Shown one piece after another: positions 1 to 9,267 of a stretch of DNA of 34,178 nucleotides; positions within the stretch are counted from its first letter, which is position 1; every line of letters begins with the position of its first letter. Source of the stretch: a virus (Duplodnaviria; Heunggongvirae; Uroviricota; Caudoviricetes); the IMG/VR virus record IMGVR_UViG_2526164598_000024. The stretch is one strand, 5' to 3'. A program made the translations under genes and the position numbers. Below the pieces are notes generated by a model, which saw only the letters and a list, made by a program, of their open reading frames with translations, was not told the origin of the DNA and searched no databases.

Positions 1-981
1 TTATAACGTCACTCCGCCTTTTAGTGGATTCAGAGCGACGGCGTTCTGCAGGTAGTCAGGCGCAAGGTGCGCATAGGTCATTGTCTGCTGAATGCTCGCA
101 TGCCCCAGAATCTGTTGCAGTGCAATTATGTTGCCCCCATTCATCATGAAATGGCTTGCGAATGTATGCCGCAGAATGTGGGTTGCCTGATTGGGAGGTA
201 TATCAGGTTTCACTCTGCGTAAAATCCCGCAAAACTTCTCATAATCTACCTTGAACAATTTGGCGCTGGCCTCCTCTTTAACTTTTTTCTCCAGTTCCTC
301 AGAAATCGGCACTGTTCGCTTTTTACCGTTTTTGGTTTTCAGGAAGGTAACCCTGCAACTTGTAATCTGTGCTGGTTTTAGTGTGGCAACTTCCGTCCAC
401 CTTCCTCCAGTGCTCAGACATAAAAGCGCGACAAGTAAGTCATCACCAGTCAAAACATTTAGCAGTTTTTCGATTTCTGCTTTTTCCAGGAACGTCATTT
501 CAGGGTTAGCCTCCGTCAGTGGCGGCAGTCCGTGAATTGGGTGTTGCCCGGAAAATTCATCCAATTGAATTAATTTTGTGAACATGCCGGATAATCGGTA
601 CATGTCGCGGTTTATCGTTGCAGCACTGATGCCATCACGTAGTCGCATGGAGCGATAATCCATCAAAGCCCTTTTGTTCATCCGACTCACTGGTATATCA
701 CCTATGCCGCTGATGGTTTTGAGCAGATGATTAAACTCTTTTGTCCCATGCTCGTGGTTTTGCCCGTGGTATTTCCACCAGATGTCGAGCAATTCTGTCA
801 AAGTTCGGCGGTCTGCTCGCTGGCCTCCCCATTCTTTCTGACTGGCATTGGCGATTGTGTATCGCTCAAATGCTAGTGCTTCAGCTTTTCTTTCAAATTT
901 CCTGCGGATGCGTTTTCCGTTGCGACCGCGAGGTCTAATGTCCACTTCATAGCGACCATCATCGAGCTTCTTAATTGCCAT
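1..981 (-). CDS. int: P2-family tyrosine integrase
   Basis: Track ORF 1..1011 on minus strand; internal ATG at 981 is preceded by GGAGGG Shine-Dalgarno so it is the likelier start (MAIKKLDDGRYEV...). C-terminal region has the R..H..R..Y tyrosine-recombinase pattern (HILRHTFASH...MTYAHL). Sits next to a divergent repressor as in P2. Confidence 0.9.
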   Translation of the reverse strand: MAIKKLDDGRYEVDIRPRGRNGKRIRRKFERKAEALAFERYTIANASQKEWGGQRADRRTLTELLDIWWKYHGQNHEHGTKEFNHLLKTISGIGDIPVSRMNKRALMDYRSMRLRDGISAATINRDMYRLSGMFTKLIQLDEFSGQHPIHGLPPLTEANPEMTFLEKAEIEKLLNVLTGDDLLVALLCLSTGGRWTEVATLKPAQITSCRVTFLKTKNGKKRTVPISEELEKKVKEEASAKLFKVDYEKFCGILRRVKPDIPPNQATHILRHTFASHFMMNGGNIIALQQILGHASIQQTMTYAHLAPDYLQNAVALNPLKGGVTL

Positions 982-1050
982 AAGAAAGCCCTCCGGCGCT
1001 GTATTCACCATCTTGGTGGCAAATGGTGAAAATGTAATTTTTATATAGAG

Positions 1051-1344
1051 TTAGCCAATCCTTTTCGCGGAGTGGTTGGATTCTGTTGACTCTGGCCCAC
1101 TGTGCGCGAGAGCCGGTGCGATTTGTCCCGCTTCCGGCGCTGTTTTATCTGTCATGAGCCATAGTGTGTATTTTTGGAACTGAGGTGCATTGGTGACCTG
1201 CAACACAACTTGGATGCCAGGGTCTTGATGGCCTCCTTCGTAATTCTTTAGCGTTCCTAACGCTATGCCGCTGATTTCACTGAATTTTGCTTGAGTTAGC
1301 CCTTCCGATTGTCTTATTGCTCTTAATTTCTGTGCGATATTCAT
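1051..1344 (-). CDS. C: Immunity repressor, HTH XRE-like (P2 C-type)
   Basis: 97-aa ORF with ATG start; N-terminal helix-turn-helix (LTQAKFSEISGIALGTLKNYE); located between int and cox, transcribed divergently from cox as in the P2 switch. Confidence 0.8.
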   Translation of the reverse strand: MNIAQKLRAIRQSEGLTQAKFSEISGIALGTLKNYEGGHQDPGIQVVLQVTNAPQFQKYTLWLMTDKTAPEAGQIAPALAHSGPESTESNHSAKRIG

Positions 1345-1480
1345 TTGACATAGTCCTGACTTAATGACTATATTCCCCGAAAAAGGTCATTAATCCAGAA
1401 CCTTTTCGGGCGTGAGTCCAGCGCCGCTTAAACGGTTCCAAGCGGTTTTTAAGGGGCTGGATCCTATGAGGGTAACATAG
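1345..1480. promoter_or_regulatory. Lysis-lysogeny switch region (divergent/face-to-face Pc and Pe promoters and operators)
   Basis: Intergenic region between divergent C and cox; contains an imperfect inverted repeat ccgaaaaagg...ccttttcgg (about 1376-1410) and a GAGGG Shine-Dalgarno before cox ATG. Exact promoter elements not resolved. Confidence 0.5.
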
Positions 1481-1753
1481 ATGGAAGTTAATGATTATGT
1501 GATTAAGTACCCGCTTGATGCGGTACATGCGGAAAAGTTTGCAGATTTATTGGGTAAACCAAAAACCGCAGTTACAGAAATGATAAAGGCTAACAAGCTA
1601 CCGGTTATCGAGCTTCGAGATCCAAATAAGCCGAAGGCCCGCGCCGGTGAGAAATGGGTTTTCATTCCAGAGTTTAATCGCGCTGTACGTGAGGCGTTTT
1701 ATAACCGACCGGTTGAACAGCGTGATGCATGGCTTTTGTGGATGGGGTTGTGA
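1481..1753 (+). CDS. cox: Cox-like excisionase / transcriptional switch protein
   Basis: 90-aa ORF, ATG at 1481 with Shine-Dalgarno; first gene of the early operon opposite C; size and position as P2 Cox (about 91 aa). Confidence 0.8.
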   Translation: MEVNDYVIKYPLDAVHAEKFADLLGKPKTAVTEMIKANKLPVIELRDPNKPKARAGEKWVFIPEFNRAVREAFYNRPVEQRDAWLLWMGL

Positions 1754-1755
1754 TT

Positions 1756-1926
1756 ATGAATGAGCCGCGTTGTATTGCGCAGTTACTGCGTAACGAAAGC
1801 CCCAGGGCGATTGACTTCACCATCACCCACGGTAAGGGGCGTAAGGGAATCATTATCCGCACCAAAAAACAGAGTCCGTTAAAAAAGGCTCTGAACTTTC
1901 TGAAAAGCCGGAGGGTCTGGAAATGA
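1756..1926 (+). CDS. Small early protein (P2 orf78-like)
   Basis: ATG at 1756 overlapping cox stop (TGATTATG); 56 codons; position matches P2 orf78. Confidence 0.55.
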   Translation: MNEPRCIAQLLRNESPRAIDFTITHGKGRKGIIIRTKKQSPLKKALNFLKSRRVWK

Positions 1927-2423
1927 CAGTGATGACACTTAATCTCGTCGAAAAACAGCCAGCAGCTATGCGCCGGATAATTGGTAAGCATCTGGCCGTC
2001 CCTCGCTGGCAGGAGACATGTGATTATTATAATCAGATGATGGAACGTGAACGGCTAACGGTTTGCTTCCATGCGCAGTTAAAACAACGTCACGCAACGA
2101 TGCGTTTCGAAGAAATGAACGATGTCGAACGTGAACGGCTGGTTTGTGCAATTGATGAATTGCGTGGGGCATTCTCAAAACGCCGTCAGGTCGGTGCAAG
2201 TGAGTATGCATATATTAGTTTTTTAACAGTCAGTCAGCGGCGTACTTTATTTATGCATGCCAGATTGACAGAAAAAGAATTCAACCAGCCATACTGGCTA
2301 ATTAATGAAAAATCATGTTACTGGCGTGATGCTTTATTCCGTGCATTACGTGAATTATTCAGTCTGTTTGAGTATGCACCGACAATTCTGACATCGGTAA
2401 AACCAGAGCAATATCTGCATTAA
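1923..2423 (+). CDS. B: Replication protein B-like (helicase-loader-type early protein)
   Basis: 166-aa ORF, ATG at 1923 overlapping the previous stop (ATGA); length and position match P2 gpB. Confidence 0.7.
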   Translation: MTVMTLNLVEKQPAAMRRIIGKHLAVPRWQETCDYYNQMMERERLTVCFHAQLKQRHATMRFEEMNDVERERLVCAIDELRGAFSKRRQVGASEYAYISFLTVSQRRTLFMHARLTEKEFNQPYWLINEKSCYWRDALFRALRELFSLFEYAPTILTSVKPEQYLH

Positions 2424-2486
2424 GCAATTAACCAGAGTTTTTAACGCACTTAATTGTGCGGGGCTTCTTTTTGCCTGGAGAAAGTC

Positions 2487-2711
2487 ATGCATACAGTTTC
2501 TGAAAATCAGTGCGGTAAATACGCATTACTGCTGCAACAGGCCAGAACCGAAGCACAGGCCGACGCTGCGACGCGCTTTTCTTCTCATCTTGACGCCATG
2601 ATTCGCCACATCACAAAGGCGGAGTTATCCCGCGTGGAGATAGTTGAGCTGCTCAGTCAGGAGTCGGAAAAATTTCACAATATCGGATTGTCTCGCGGGG
2701 AGGTGCTTTGA
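2487..2711 (+). CDS. Small early protein (P2 orf80-like)
   Basis: ATG at 2487 preceded by GGAG; 74 codons; synteny with P2 early operon. Confidence 0.55.
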   Translation: MHTVSENQCGKYALLLQQARTEAQADAATRFSSHLDAMIRHITKAELSRVEIVELLSQESEKFHNIGLSRGEVL

Positions 2712-3013
2712 TGTCCTGTTCTCGTTCGGTTGTATTACTGAATAACGCCTTAAAAATCGCCGTTATGAAAAATGGTGATTTGTCTCTTATTCAACTTGGT
2801 ATTGATAAAGAGAAGCGCGAAATAACTGAATCTGTTATCGCGATTTATCAGAGTGAATTAAACCTCCTGTCTGATGTGGTCAATTTACTTGTTAAACGCG
2901 CTGTATTCCACAAGCAAATTTCCTCAGTGGATGAACTGACAAAATTAACGACAGAACTCGCCAGTTATTGCGCTGATGAATTTAAGAAGCTGAACGACAA
3001 AAGGAGCTGGTAA
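2711..3013 (+). CDS. Small early protein (P2 orf81-like)
   Basis: ATG at 2711 overlapping previous stop (TGATG); synteny. Confidence 0.55.
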   Translation: MSCSRSVVLLNNALKIAVMKNGDLSLIQLGIDKEKREITESVIAIYQSELNLLSDVVNLLVKRAVFHKQISSVDELTKLTTELASYCADEFKKLNDKRSW

Positions 3014-3237
3014 TGCCGGACAACGTGGATTTTATTCAGGAACAACAGGCTGAATTACTGGAGCGCCAGATTAACGCGGCAAGGGTAAAACATTGCGGTG
3101 TTTCTGCGCTGGTTTGCGAAGAGTGTGACGCGCCAATACCTGCTGCCCGTCGTGCGGCTTATCCGTCAGCCACGCGTTGTGTTTCCTGTCAGTCAGTCTT
3201 TGAAGCAAAAAACAAACATTACCGGAGAACGGCATGA
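3013..3237 (+). CDS. TraR/DksA-type C4 zinc-finger protein (P2 orf82-like)
   Basis: 74 aa with CxxC...CxxC pattern (CEECDAPIP...CVSCQ); AAGGAG Shine-Dalgarno before ATG 3013. Confidence 0.65.
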   Translation: MPDNVDFIQEQQAELLERQINAARVKHCGVSALVCEECDAPIPAARRAAYPSATRCVSCQSVFEAKNKHYRRTA

Positions 3238-3509
3238 GTATTCGTATTGAAATTGGCGAACGTTATGTCGTTACCAGTGACAGCTTTCAGTTTATTCTCC
3301 ACGAGAAAAAGAGAGCGGAAAGCGGTAAAAACGCCGGTCAGGAATGGCTGGCGGTGGTTGGTTATTACCCGAAATTAGGCCAGCTCGTTTCCGGCCTGAT
3401 GCATCACGATATTCTGACCGGAAGCGCAAAATCTTTTGCTGATTTAAACGCGCAGGTTGAGCAACTCAGCAAGCGTTGTTCAGAGGCTTTTGGCTCATAT
3501 GGCCGTTAA
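3234..3509 (+). CDS. Small early protein (P2 orf83-like)
   Basis: 91-aa ORF, ATG at 3234 overlapping previous stop; synteny. Confidence 0.55.
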   Translation: MSIRIEIGERYVVTSDSFQFILHEKKRAESGKNAGQEWLAVVGYYPKLGQLVSGLMHHDILTGSAKSFADLNAQVEQLSKRCSEAFGSYGR

Positions 3510-5775
3510 AGCCTCCGGGCGTTTTGTCCCTCCGTCAGCATTTACCGCAGGCACCGGTAAGGCGTTTACCGGTGCTTATGCATGGAACGCGCCACGCGAG
3601 GCTGTCGGGCGCGAAAGACCTCTTACACGTGACGAGATGCGTCAGGTGCAAGGTGTTTTATCCACGATTAACCGCCTGCCTTACTTTTTGCGCTCGCTGT
3701 TTACTTCACGCTATGACTACATCCGGCGCAATAAAAGCCCGGTGCACGGGTTTTATTTCCTCACATCCACTTTTCAGCGTCGTTTATGGCCGCGCATTGA
3801 GCGTGTGAATCAGCGCCATGAAATGAACACCGACGCGTCGTTGCTGTTTCTGGCAGAGCGTGACCACTATGCGCGCCTGCCGGGAATGAATGACAAGGAG
3901 CTGAAAAAGTTTGCCGCCCGTATCTCATCGCAGCTTTTCATGATGTATGAGGAACTCTGCGATGCATGGGTTGATGCGCATGGTGAAAAAGAATCGCTGT
4001 TTACGGATGAGGCGCAGGCTCACCTGTATGGTCATGTTGCTGGCGCTGCACGTGCTTTCAATATTTCCCCGCTCTACTGGAAAAAATACCGTAAAGGACA
4101 GATGACCACGAGGCAGGCATATTCTGCCATTGCCCGTCTGTTTAACGATGAGTGGTGGACTCATCAGCTTAAAGGCCAGCGTATGCGCTGGCATGAAGCG
4201 TTACTGATAGCTGTCGGGGAGGTCAATAAAGACCGTTCTCCTTATGCCAGTAAACACGCCATTCGTGATGTGCGTGCGCGCCGCCAGGCAAATCTGGAAT
4301 TTCTTAAATCGTGTGACCTTGAAAACAGGGAAACCGGCGAGCGCATCGACCTTATCAGTAAGGTGATGGGCAGTATTTCTAATCCTGAAATTCGCCGGAT
4401 GGAGCTGATGAACACCATTGCCGGTATTGAGCGTTACGCCGCCGCAGAGGGCGATGTGGGGATGTTTATCACGCTGACCGCACCGTCAAAGTATCACCCG
4501 ACACGTCAGGTCGGAAAAGGCGAAAGTAAAACCGTGCAGCTTAATCACGGCTGGAACGATGAGGCATTTAATCCAAAGGATGCGCAGCGTTATCTCTGCC
4601 GTATCTGGAGCCTGATGCGCACGGCATTCAAGGATAATGATTTACAGGTTTACGGTTTGCGAGTCGTCGAGCCACACCACGACGGAACGCCGCACTGGCA
4701 TATGATGCTTTTTTGTAATCCACGCCAGCGTAACCAGATTATTGAAATCATGCGTCGCTACGCGCTCAAAGAGGATGGCGACGAAAGAGGAGCTGCGCGA
4801 AACCGTTTTCAGGCAAAACACCTTAACCGGGGCGGTGCTGCGGGATATATCGCGAAATACATTTCAAAAAACATCGACGGCTATGCACTGGATGGTCAGC
4901 TCGATAACGATACCGGCAGGCCGCTGAAAGACACTGCCGCGGCTGTTACCGCATGGGCGTCAACGTGGCGCATTCCGCAATTTAAAACGGTTGGCCTGCC
5001 GACAATGGGGGCTTACCGTGAACTACGCAAATTGCCTCGCGGCGTCAGCATTGCTGATGAGTTTGACGAGCGCGTCGAGGCTGCACGCGCCGCCGCAGAC
5101 AGTGGTGATTTTGCGTTGTATATCAGCGCGCAGGGTGGGGCAAATGTCCCGCGCGATTGTCAGACTGTCAGGGTCGCCCGTAGCCCGTCGGATGACGTTA
5201 ACGAGTACGAGGAAGAAGTCGAGAGAGTGGTCGGCATTTACGCGCCGCATCTCGGCGCGCGTCATATTCATATCACCAGAACGACGGACTGGCGCATTGT
5301 GCCGAAAGTTCCGGTCGTTGAGCCTTTGACTTTAAAAAGCGGCATCGCCGCGCCTCGGAGTCCTGTCAATAACTGTGGAAAGCTCACCGGTGGTGATACT
5401 TCGTTACCGGCTCCCACACCTTCTGAGCACGCCGCAGCAGTGCTTAATCTGGTTGATGACGGTGTTATCGAATGGAATGACCCGGAGGTCGTGAGGGCGC
5501 TCAAAAGCGCATTAAAACACGGCCTGAGAAGACCAAACCGTCAGCAAAGAAACGGAAACCCGTTAAAACCACATGAAATTGCACCATCGGCCAGACTGAG
5601 CCGGTCGGAGCGATTGCAAATCACCCGTATCCGCGTTGACCTTGCTCAGAATGGAATCTTGCCCCAGCGATGGGAGCTTGAGGCGCTGGCGCGTGGGGCA
5701 ACCGTAAATTATGACGGGAAAAAATTCACGTATCCGGTTGCTGATGAGTGGTCGGTTTTTTCAATTAAACAATAA
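3499..5775 (+). CDS. A: Replication initiation protein A (rolling-circle nickase)
   Basis: Large ORF (track 3457..5775); ATG at 3499 overlaps end of the upstream gene and gives about 758 aa, close to P2 gpA. Contains a tyrosine-rich motif region (AGYIAKYISKNIDGY) typical of rolling-circle initiators. Confidence 0.85.
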   Translation: MAVKASGRFVPPSAFTAGTGKAFTGAYAWNAPREAVGRERPLTRDEMRQVQGVLSTINRLPYFLRSLFTSRYDYIRRNKSPVHGFYFLTSTFQRRLWPRIERVNQRHEMNTDASLLFLAERDHYARLPGMNDKELKKFAARISSQLFMMYEELCDAWVDAHGEKESLFTDEAQAHLYGHVAGAARAFNISPLYWKKYRKGQMTTRQAYSAIARLFNDEWWTHQLKGQRMRWHEALLIAVGEVNKDRSPYASKHAIRDVRARRQANLEFLKSCDLENRETGERIDLISKVMGSISNPEIRRMELMNTIAGIERYAAAEGDVGMFITLTAPSKYHPTRQVGKGESKTVQLNHGWNDEAFNPKDAQRYLCRIWSLMRTAFKDNDLQVYGLRVVEPHHDGTPHWHMMLFCNPRQRNQIIEIMRRYALKEDGDERGAARNRFQAKHLNRGGAAGYIAKYISKNIDGYALDGQLDNDTGRPLKDTAAAVTAWASTWRIPQFKTVGLPTMGAYRELRKLPRGVSIADEFDERVEAARAAADSGDFALYISAQGGANVPRDCQTVRVARSPSDDVNEYEEEVERVVGIYAPHLGARHIHITRTTDWRIVPKVPVVEPLTLKSGIAAPRSPVNNCGKLTGGDTSLPAPTPSEHAAAVLNLVDDGVIEWNDPEVVRALKSALKHGLRRPNRQQRNGNPLKPHEIAPSARLSRSERLQITRIRVDLAQNGILPQRWELEALARGATVNYDGKKFTYPVADEWSVFSIKQ

Positions 5776-5976
5776 TGGCTACTGCCGCAGCGTTGTGGGA
5801 ATGCTATAGTGTTTGTAGAATTATCCCATGAAAAACAACTAATTAATCTGTTTTTCATATTGAACTAATTTTTTATGGCCACAGTTGTTAAAAAGTGAGA
5901 ACATAATCTTGTTCAAAACCTGCTTCTATATACGGAGGCTTTCGCTATAATACGCGGTCGGTTTTAGGAGGGGATA

Positions 5977-6921
5977 ATGCCAACAGTAGTTTCACTTTTT
6001 TCTGGATGCGGTGGTTCCGATGCGGGGGTTCTGAGAGCTGGCTTTGATGTGCTTATGGCCAACGATATCTTGCCGTATGCGCGCGATGTTTATATTGCCA
6101 ATCATCCAGAAACTGATTACATTTTAGGCAATATTGCTGATGTAACTACTTTTCCTAAATCTGATTTGCTAGTAGGTTGTTATCCATGTCAGGGATTCAG
6201 CCAGGGTGGTGCGCGTAAGGCCGATCGAAAAATTAATACTCTTTATTTAGAGTTTGCTAGAGCTTTAAACAATATAAAGCCTAAAGCTTTTATAGTAGAA
6301 AACGTGTCTGGTATGGTTAGAAAAAACTTCGAGCATTTGTTATCTGACCAGATCAGGGTTTTTACTGAAGCAGGTTATGCTGTTTCAGCAAAAGTTTTGA
6401 ATGCGGCTGAATATGGAGTAGCGCAGGAAAGAAAAAGAATATTTATCGTAGGAATCCGTAATGATTTCAAAGTTAAGTACGAGTTCCCTCAGCCAACTCA
6501 TGGGCCGGCGACTGGCGTCAACTATGTTACTATTAAAGATGCTATAGGGCATTTACCTGAATGGCCAGAAGGTGAATTTTATGATATGGGGTTCCATTGG
6601 TATTATATGTCTCGCAATCGTCGCCAAGATTGGGATCAAATTTCAAAGACAATAGTTGCTAATGCAAGGCATATGCCGTTGCATCCTATCAGTCCTTCGA
6701 TGGAGAAAGTAAGAACTGATGAATGGAGGTTTGTTGAGGATCGGAGAGCTCGCAGATTCAGTTTTCGAGAGGCAGCACTATTACAAGGGTTTGAGGATCT
6801 AGTGTTTCCCGAAACAAATGCTGCAAGTCTTGGCATGAAATACACGGTGGTTGGTAATGCAGTGCCTCCGCCGCTTTTTGAAGCTGTAACGAAGGCATTG
6901 CCAATAGAATTATGGGATTGA
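5977..6921 (+). CDS. DNA (cytosine-5)-methyltransferase, Dcm family
   Basis: 314 aa; canonical C5-MTase motifs visible: FSGCGG (motif I, AdoMet binding), PCQGFS (motif IV catalytic Cys), IVENVSGM (motif VI), QERKRIFIVG (motif VIII), GNAVPPPL (motif X). Strong Shine-Dalgarno AGGAGG before ATG 5977. AT-rich compared with phage backbone. Confidence 0.9.
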   Translation: MPTVVSLFSGCGGSDAGVLRAGFDVLMANDILPYARDVYIANHPETDYILGNIADVTTFPKSDLLVGCYPCQGFSQGGARKADRKINTLYLEFARALNNIKPKAFIVENVSGMVRKNFEHLLSDQIRVFTEAGYAVSAKVLNAAEYGVAQERKRIFIVGIRNDFKVKYEFPQPTHGPATGVNYVTIKDAIGHLPEWPEGEFYDMGFHWYYMSRNRRQDWDQISKTIVANARHMPLHPISPSMEKVRTDEWRFVEDRRARRFSFREAALLQGFEDLVFPETNAASLGMKYTVVGNAVPPPLFEAVTKALPIELWD

Positions 6922-6928
6922 TAAGCTA

Positions 6929-7921
6929 TTAAGGCTCTGGATTTAATGTATAAAGTTCTTCTTCAAATTCGCGAAACCAATCAGAGGTAGTTATCGCTTC
7001 CCATTGGTTTGCCTTATCAAGTAGATATATGATCCTCAACCTATCTAATAATAATACACCAGCGGTTGCATGTGTGCTTACCCATTCGCCATTTGCTTCC
7101 CGATAGAAAACAGGCGTGAACATTGTTGATGGATGCTGGAAAGCAATTTGGAAATAGGTGGTCAGTTTTAACACGTTAGCCTCTAATGTTTTGCTTGGCC
7201 ACCCTGTTTCTTGTGCACCACATTGACCAAGAATTCCATAGTTGCTAGTTTGACCATCAGGAAATTCCACTGTAGCAATTAGGTCAAACCCAGCATCACC
7301 AGATGTGGGAGCTTTATTTATTTCCCTTGTGTTTAAACTACAAACTCCAAGATCTTTTCCTAAAATTTGTAGAGCATTCCGAAGATTCGTTCCATAATAT
7401 TTTTGCCTATCATCGGAGTTAGCATCAAAAATTCTTACGGTGCCATGTGCAGGTAAGAGAGAAATCATTGCAACTTTACATACTCTGGCAAAGCTCTTTG
7501 CCCAACGTTGTGCTGCTCCTCTAATCGACTTAAAGGATCTAAGTCTAGAGCAACAAAGGAGAAAAACATATATTCTTTGTTGTTGGTTTAGATTTTCTTT
7601 AATAATTATCTCATCACCTGAAATTATAAATGGATATATCTTTCCAAGAGCGCTTTCTCTATATTCGAGTTGTGTCCAAACATCTTCTAGTTGCTCTTCA
7701 AAACGATCATTTCTCTCTGCGTCTCCATCAATTTCTTCTTCAAAATTACATTCTTCATCAATTTCTTCAACACTTGTCATGCCGAATTTTCTTACTGAAT
7801 CTAAATCATTTTTATGCAGAGAGTTACGTCCGATATAATTAATCACCGTGAGTAACTCGGCTAAATCTGCAAACAAATGGGGAGAGTTGGGATGCATAAC
7901 TCCTACTTCAAAAGTCATCAT
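6929..7921 (-). CDS. Hypothetical protein, 330-aa, candidate nuclease/effector partner of the adjacent methyltransferase and ParB-like gene
   Basis: Long uninterrupted minus-strand ORF in AT-rich DNA; ATG at 7921/7918 preceded by GAGGTG; converges on the MTase with only a 7-bp gap between stop codons; overlaps the end of the upstream ParB-like gene by about 14 bp (operon-like). No motif I can assign with confidence. Confidence 0.7.
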   Translation of the reverse strand: MMTFEVGVMHPNSPHLFADLAELLTVINYIGRNSLHKNDLDSVRKFGMTSVEEIDEECNFEEEIDGDAERNDRFEEQLEDVWTQLEYRESALGKIYPFIISGDEIIIKENLNQQQRIYVFLLCCSRLRSFKSIRGAAQRWAKSFARVCKVAMISLLPAHGTVRIFDANSDDRQKYYGTNLRNALQILGKDLGVCSLNTREINKAPTSGDAGFDLIATVEFPDGQTSNYGILGQCGAQETGWPSKTLEANVLKLTTYFQIAFQHPSTMFTPVFYREANGEWVSTHATAGVLLLDRLRIIYLLDKANQWEAITTSDWFREFEEELYTLNPEP

Positions 7922-8350
7922 CACCTCTGCTATTTTTCTCTGCTATTTCAGAACCTATAAGCTTAATATGTTTATTGATTCTTCGTGCTACTTCATGAGC
8001 CTGTCTATCATACTCTACTGTGGCAACCATGCCTGCTGCATCTATCAAAGCCGCTTCAACTTGATAAAGTAACTGGAGAAAGTCCTTAGTAATATCAGAT
8101 GTCAATTGGTAGGCCACTGCGAGTGGAGCCCCCATTCGGAATTGCTCCAATGCCTTAGGGCTACTAACAACAGCAGCTAATTCTCTTAAATTACGTGACT
8201 CTCCAACACGAGTTTTTTTATCCTCACCTTTTTTATATAACCACTCAGTTAGCTCTTTTATTTCTTTGTTCTTTAAGCTATTAGAGTTGATAATAGGATG
8301 ACTTGGTATTGTGTCTCCATCGTCTTCGATTGAAACTCCGACAAATTGGC
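7908..8350 (-). pseudogene. C-terminal fragment of ParB/Srx-domain protein gene split by IS2
   Basis: Reading frame continues exactly from the N-terminal fragment (9682..10365) once IS2 and one TTGGC copy are removed: ...ERLGQ|FVGVSIEDDGDT.... The track ORF 7908..8387 borrows an in-frame GTG start inside the IS2 right end. Confidence 0.8.
8346..8350. repeat. IS2 target-site duplication TTGGC (copy 1)
   Basis: 5-bp direct repeat immediately flanking the IS2 terminus at 8351; identical to 9682..9686. Confidence 0.85.
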
Positions 8351-8361
8351 TGGATTTGCCC

Positions 8362-9267
8362 CTATATTTCCAGACACCTGTTATCACTTAACCCATTACT
8401 GGCCTGCTGCCGCAGATATTCCCGTGGCGAGCGATAACCCAGTGCACTATGCGGATGCCATTCGTTATAATGCTCGAACGCCTCTGCAAGGTTCTTTGCT
8501 GCCGTTAACCCGTCTGGTTTAGGCATGATACTGATGTAGTCACGCTTTATCGTTTTCACGAAGCTCTCTGCTATGCCGTTACTCTCCGGACTCCGCACCG
8601 CCGTGTTCTTCGGTTCAAGCCCCAACATCCGGGCAAACTGCCGTGTTTCATTAGCCCGGTAGCATGAACCATTATCCGTCAGCCACTCTACTGGAGACGC
8701 CGGAAGCTCGTTGCCGAAGCGGCGTTCCACCGCTCCCAGCATTACGTCCTGTACTGTTTCACTGTCGAAGCCGCCCGTAGTGACTGCCCAGTGCAGTGCC
8801 TCACGGTCACAGCAGTCCAGCGCGAACGTGACTCGCAGTTTTTCTCCGTTATCACAGCGGAACTCGAACCCGTCAGAGCACCATCGTTGATTGCTTTCTT
8901 TCACGGCCACTTTGCCAGTATGTGCCCGTTTCGATGGCGGTACAGCGGTTTTTCGCTCAAGCAACAGCGCATTCTGGCGCATGATCCGGTAAACACGTTT
9001 GGCATTGATCGCAGGCATACCATCAAGTTCGGCCTGTCTGCGAAGCAGCGCCCATACCCGACGATAACCATACGTGGGCAGCTCTCCGATAACATGGTGT
9101 ATACGGAGAAGCACATCCGTATCATCTGAGTGACGGCTGCGGCGACCATCTTTCCAGTCATCGGTTCGTCTGAGAATTACGTGCAACTGCGCACGCGACA
9201 CCCGGAGACAACGGCTGACTAAGCTTACTCCCCATCCCCGGGCAATAAGGGCGCGTGCGCTATCCAC
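8362..9267 (-). CDS. insD: IS2 transposase OrfB (InsD), DDE integrase domain
   Basis: 301-aa ORF inside IS2; recognisable IS2 InsD sequence (..[20 protein letters not shown]..); overlaps insC as expected for -1 frameshift fusion. Confidence 0.9.

Noticed and set aside
3476-3808. 110-aa ORF overlapping the 5' part of gene A in another frame
   Set aside because: Fully embedded in the replication initiator gene; no independent start signal; likely spurious.
5900-5976. Sigma70-like promoter for the methyltransferase (TATAAT at 5946..5951)
   Set aside because: A -10 hexamer is present but the -35 element at correct spacing is weak; in AT-rich DNA such matches are common, so I did not list it as a feature.
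7440-8072. Plus-strand ORFs (7440..7838, 7630..7842, 7848..8072) inside the 331-aa and ParB-fragment genes
   Set aside because: Low-complexity, Ser/Leu-rich translations of AT-rich antisense sequence; the minus-strand genes are much longer and have start signals.
7908-8387. Track ORF of 159 aa starting inside IS2
   Set aside because: Its first 14 codons are IS2 right-end sequence plus TSD and the start is GTG; it is the C-terminal fragment of the interrupted ParB-like gene, not an independent native gene (though read-through expression is possible).
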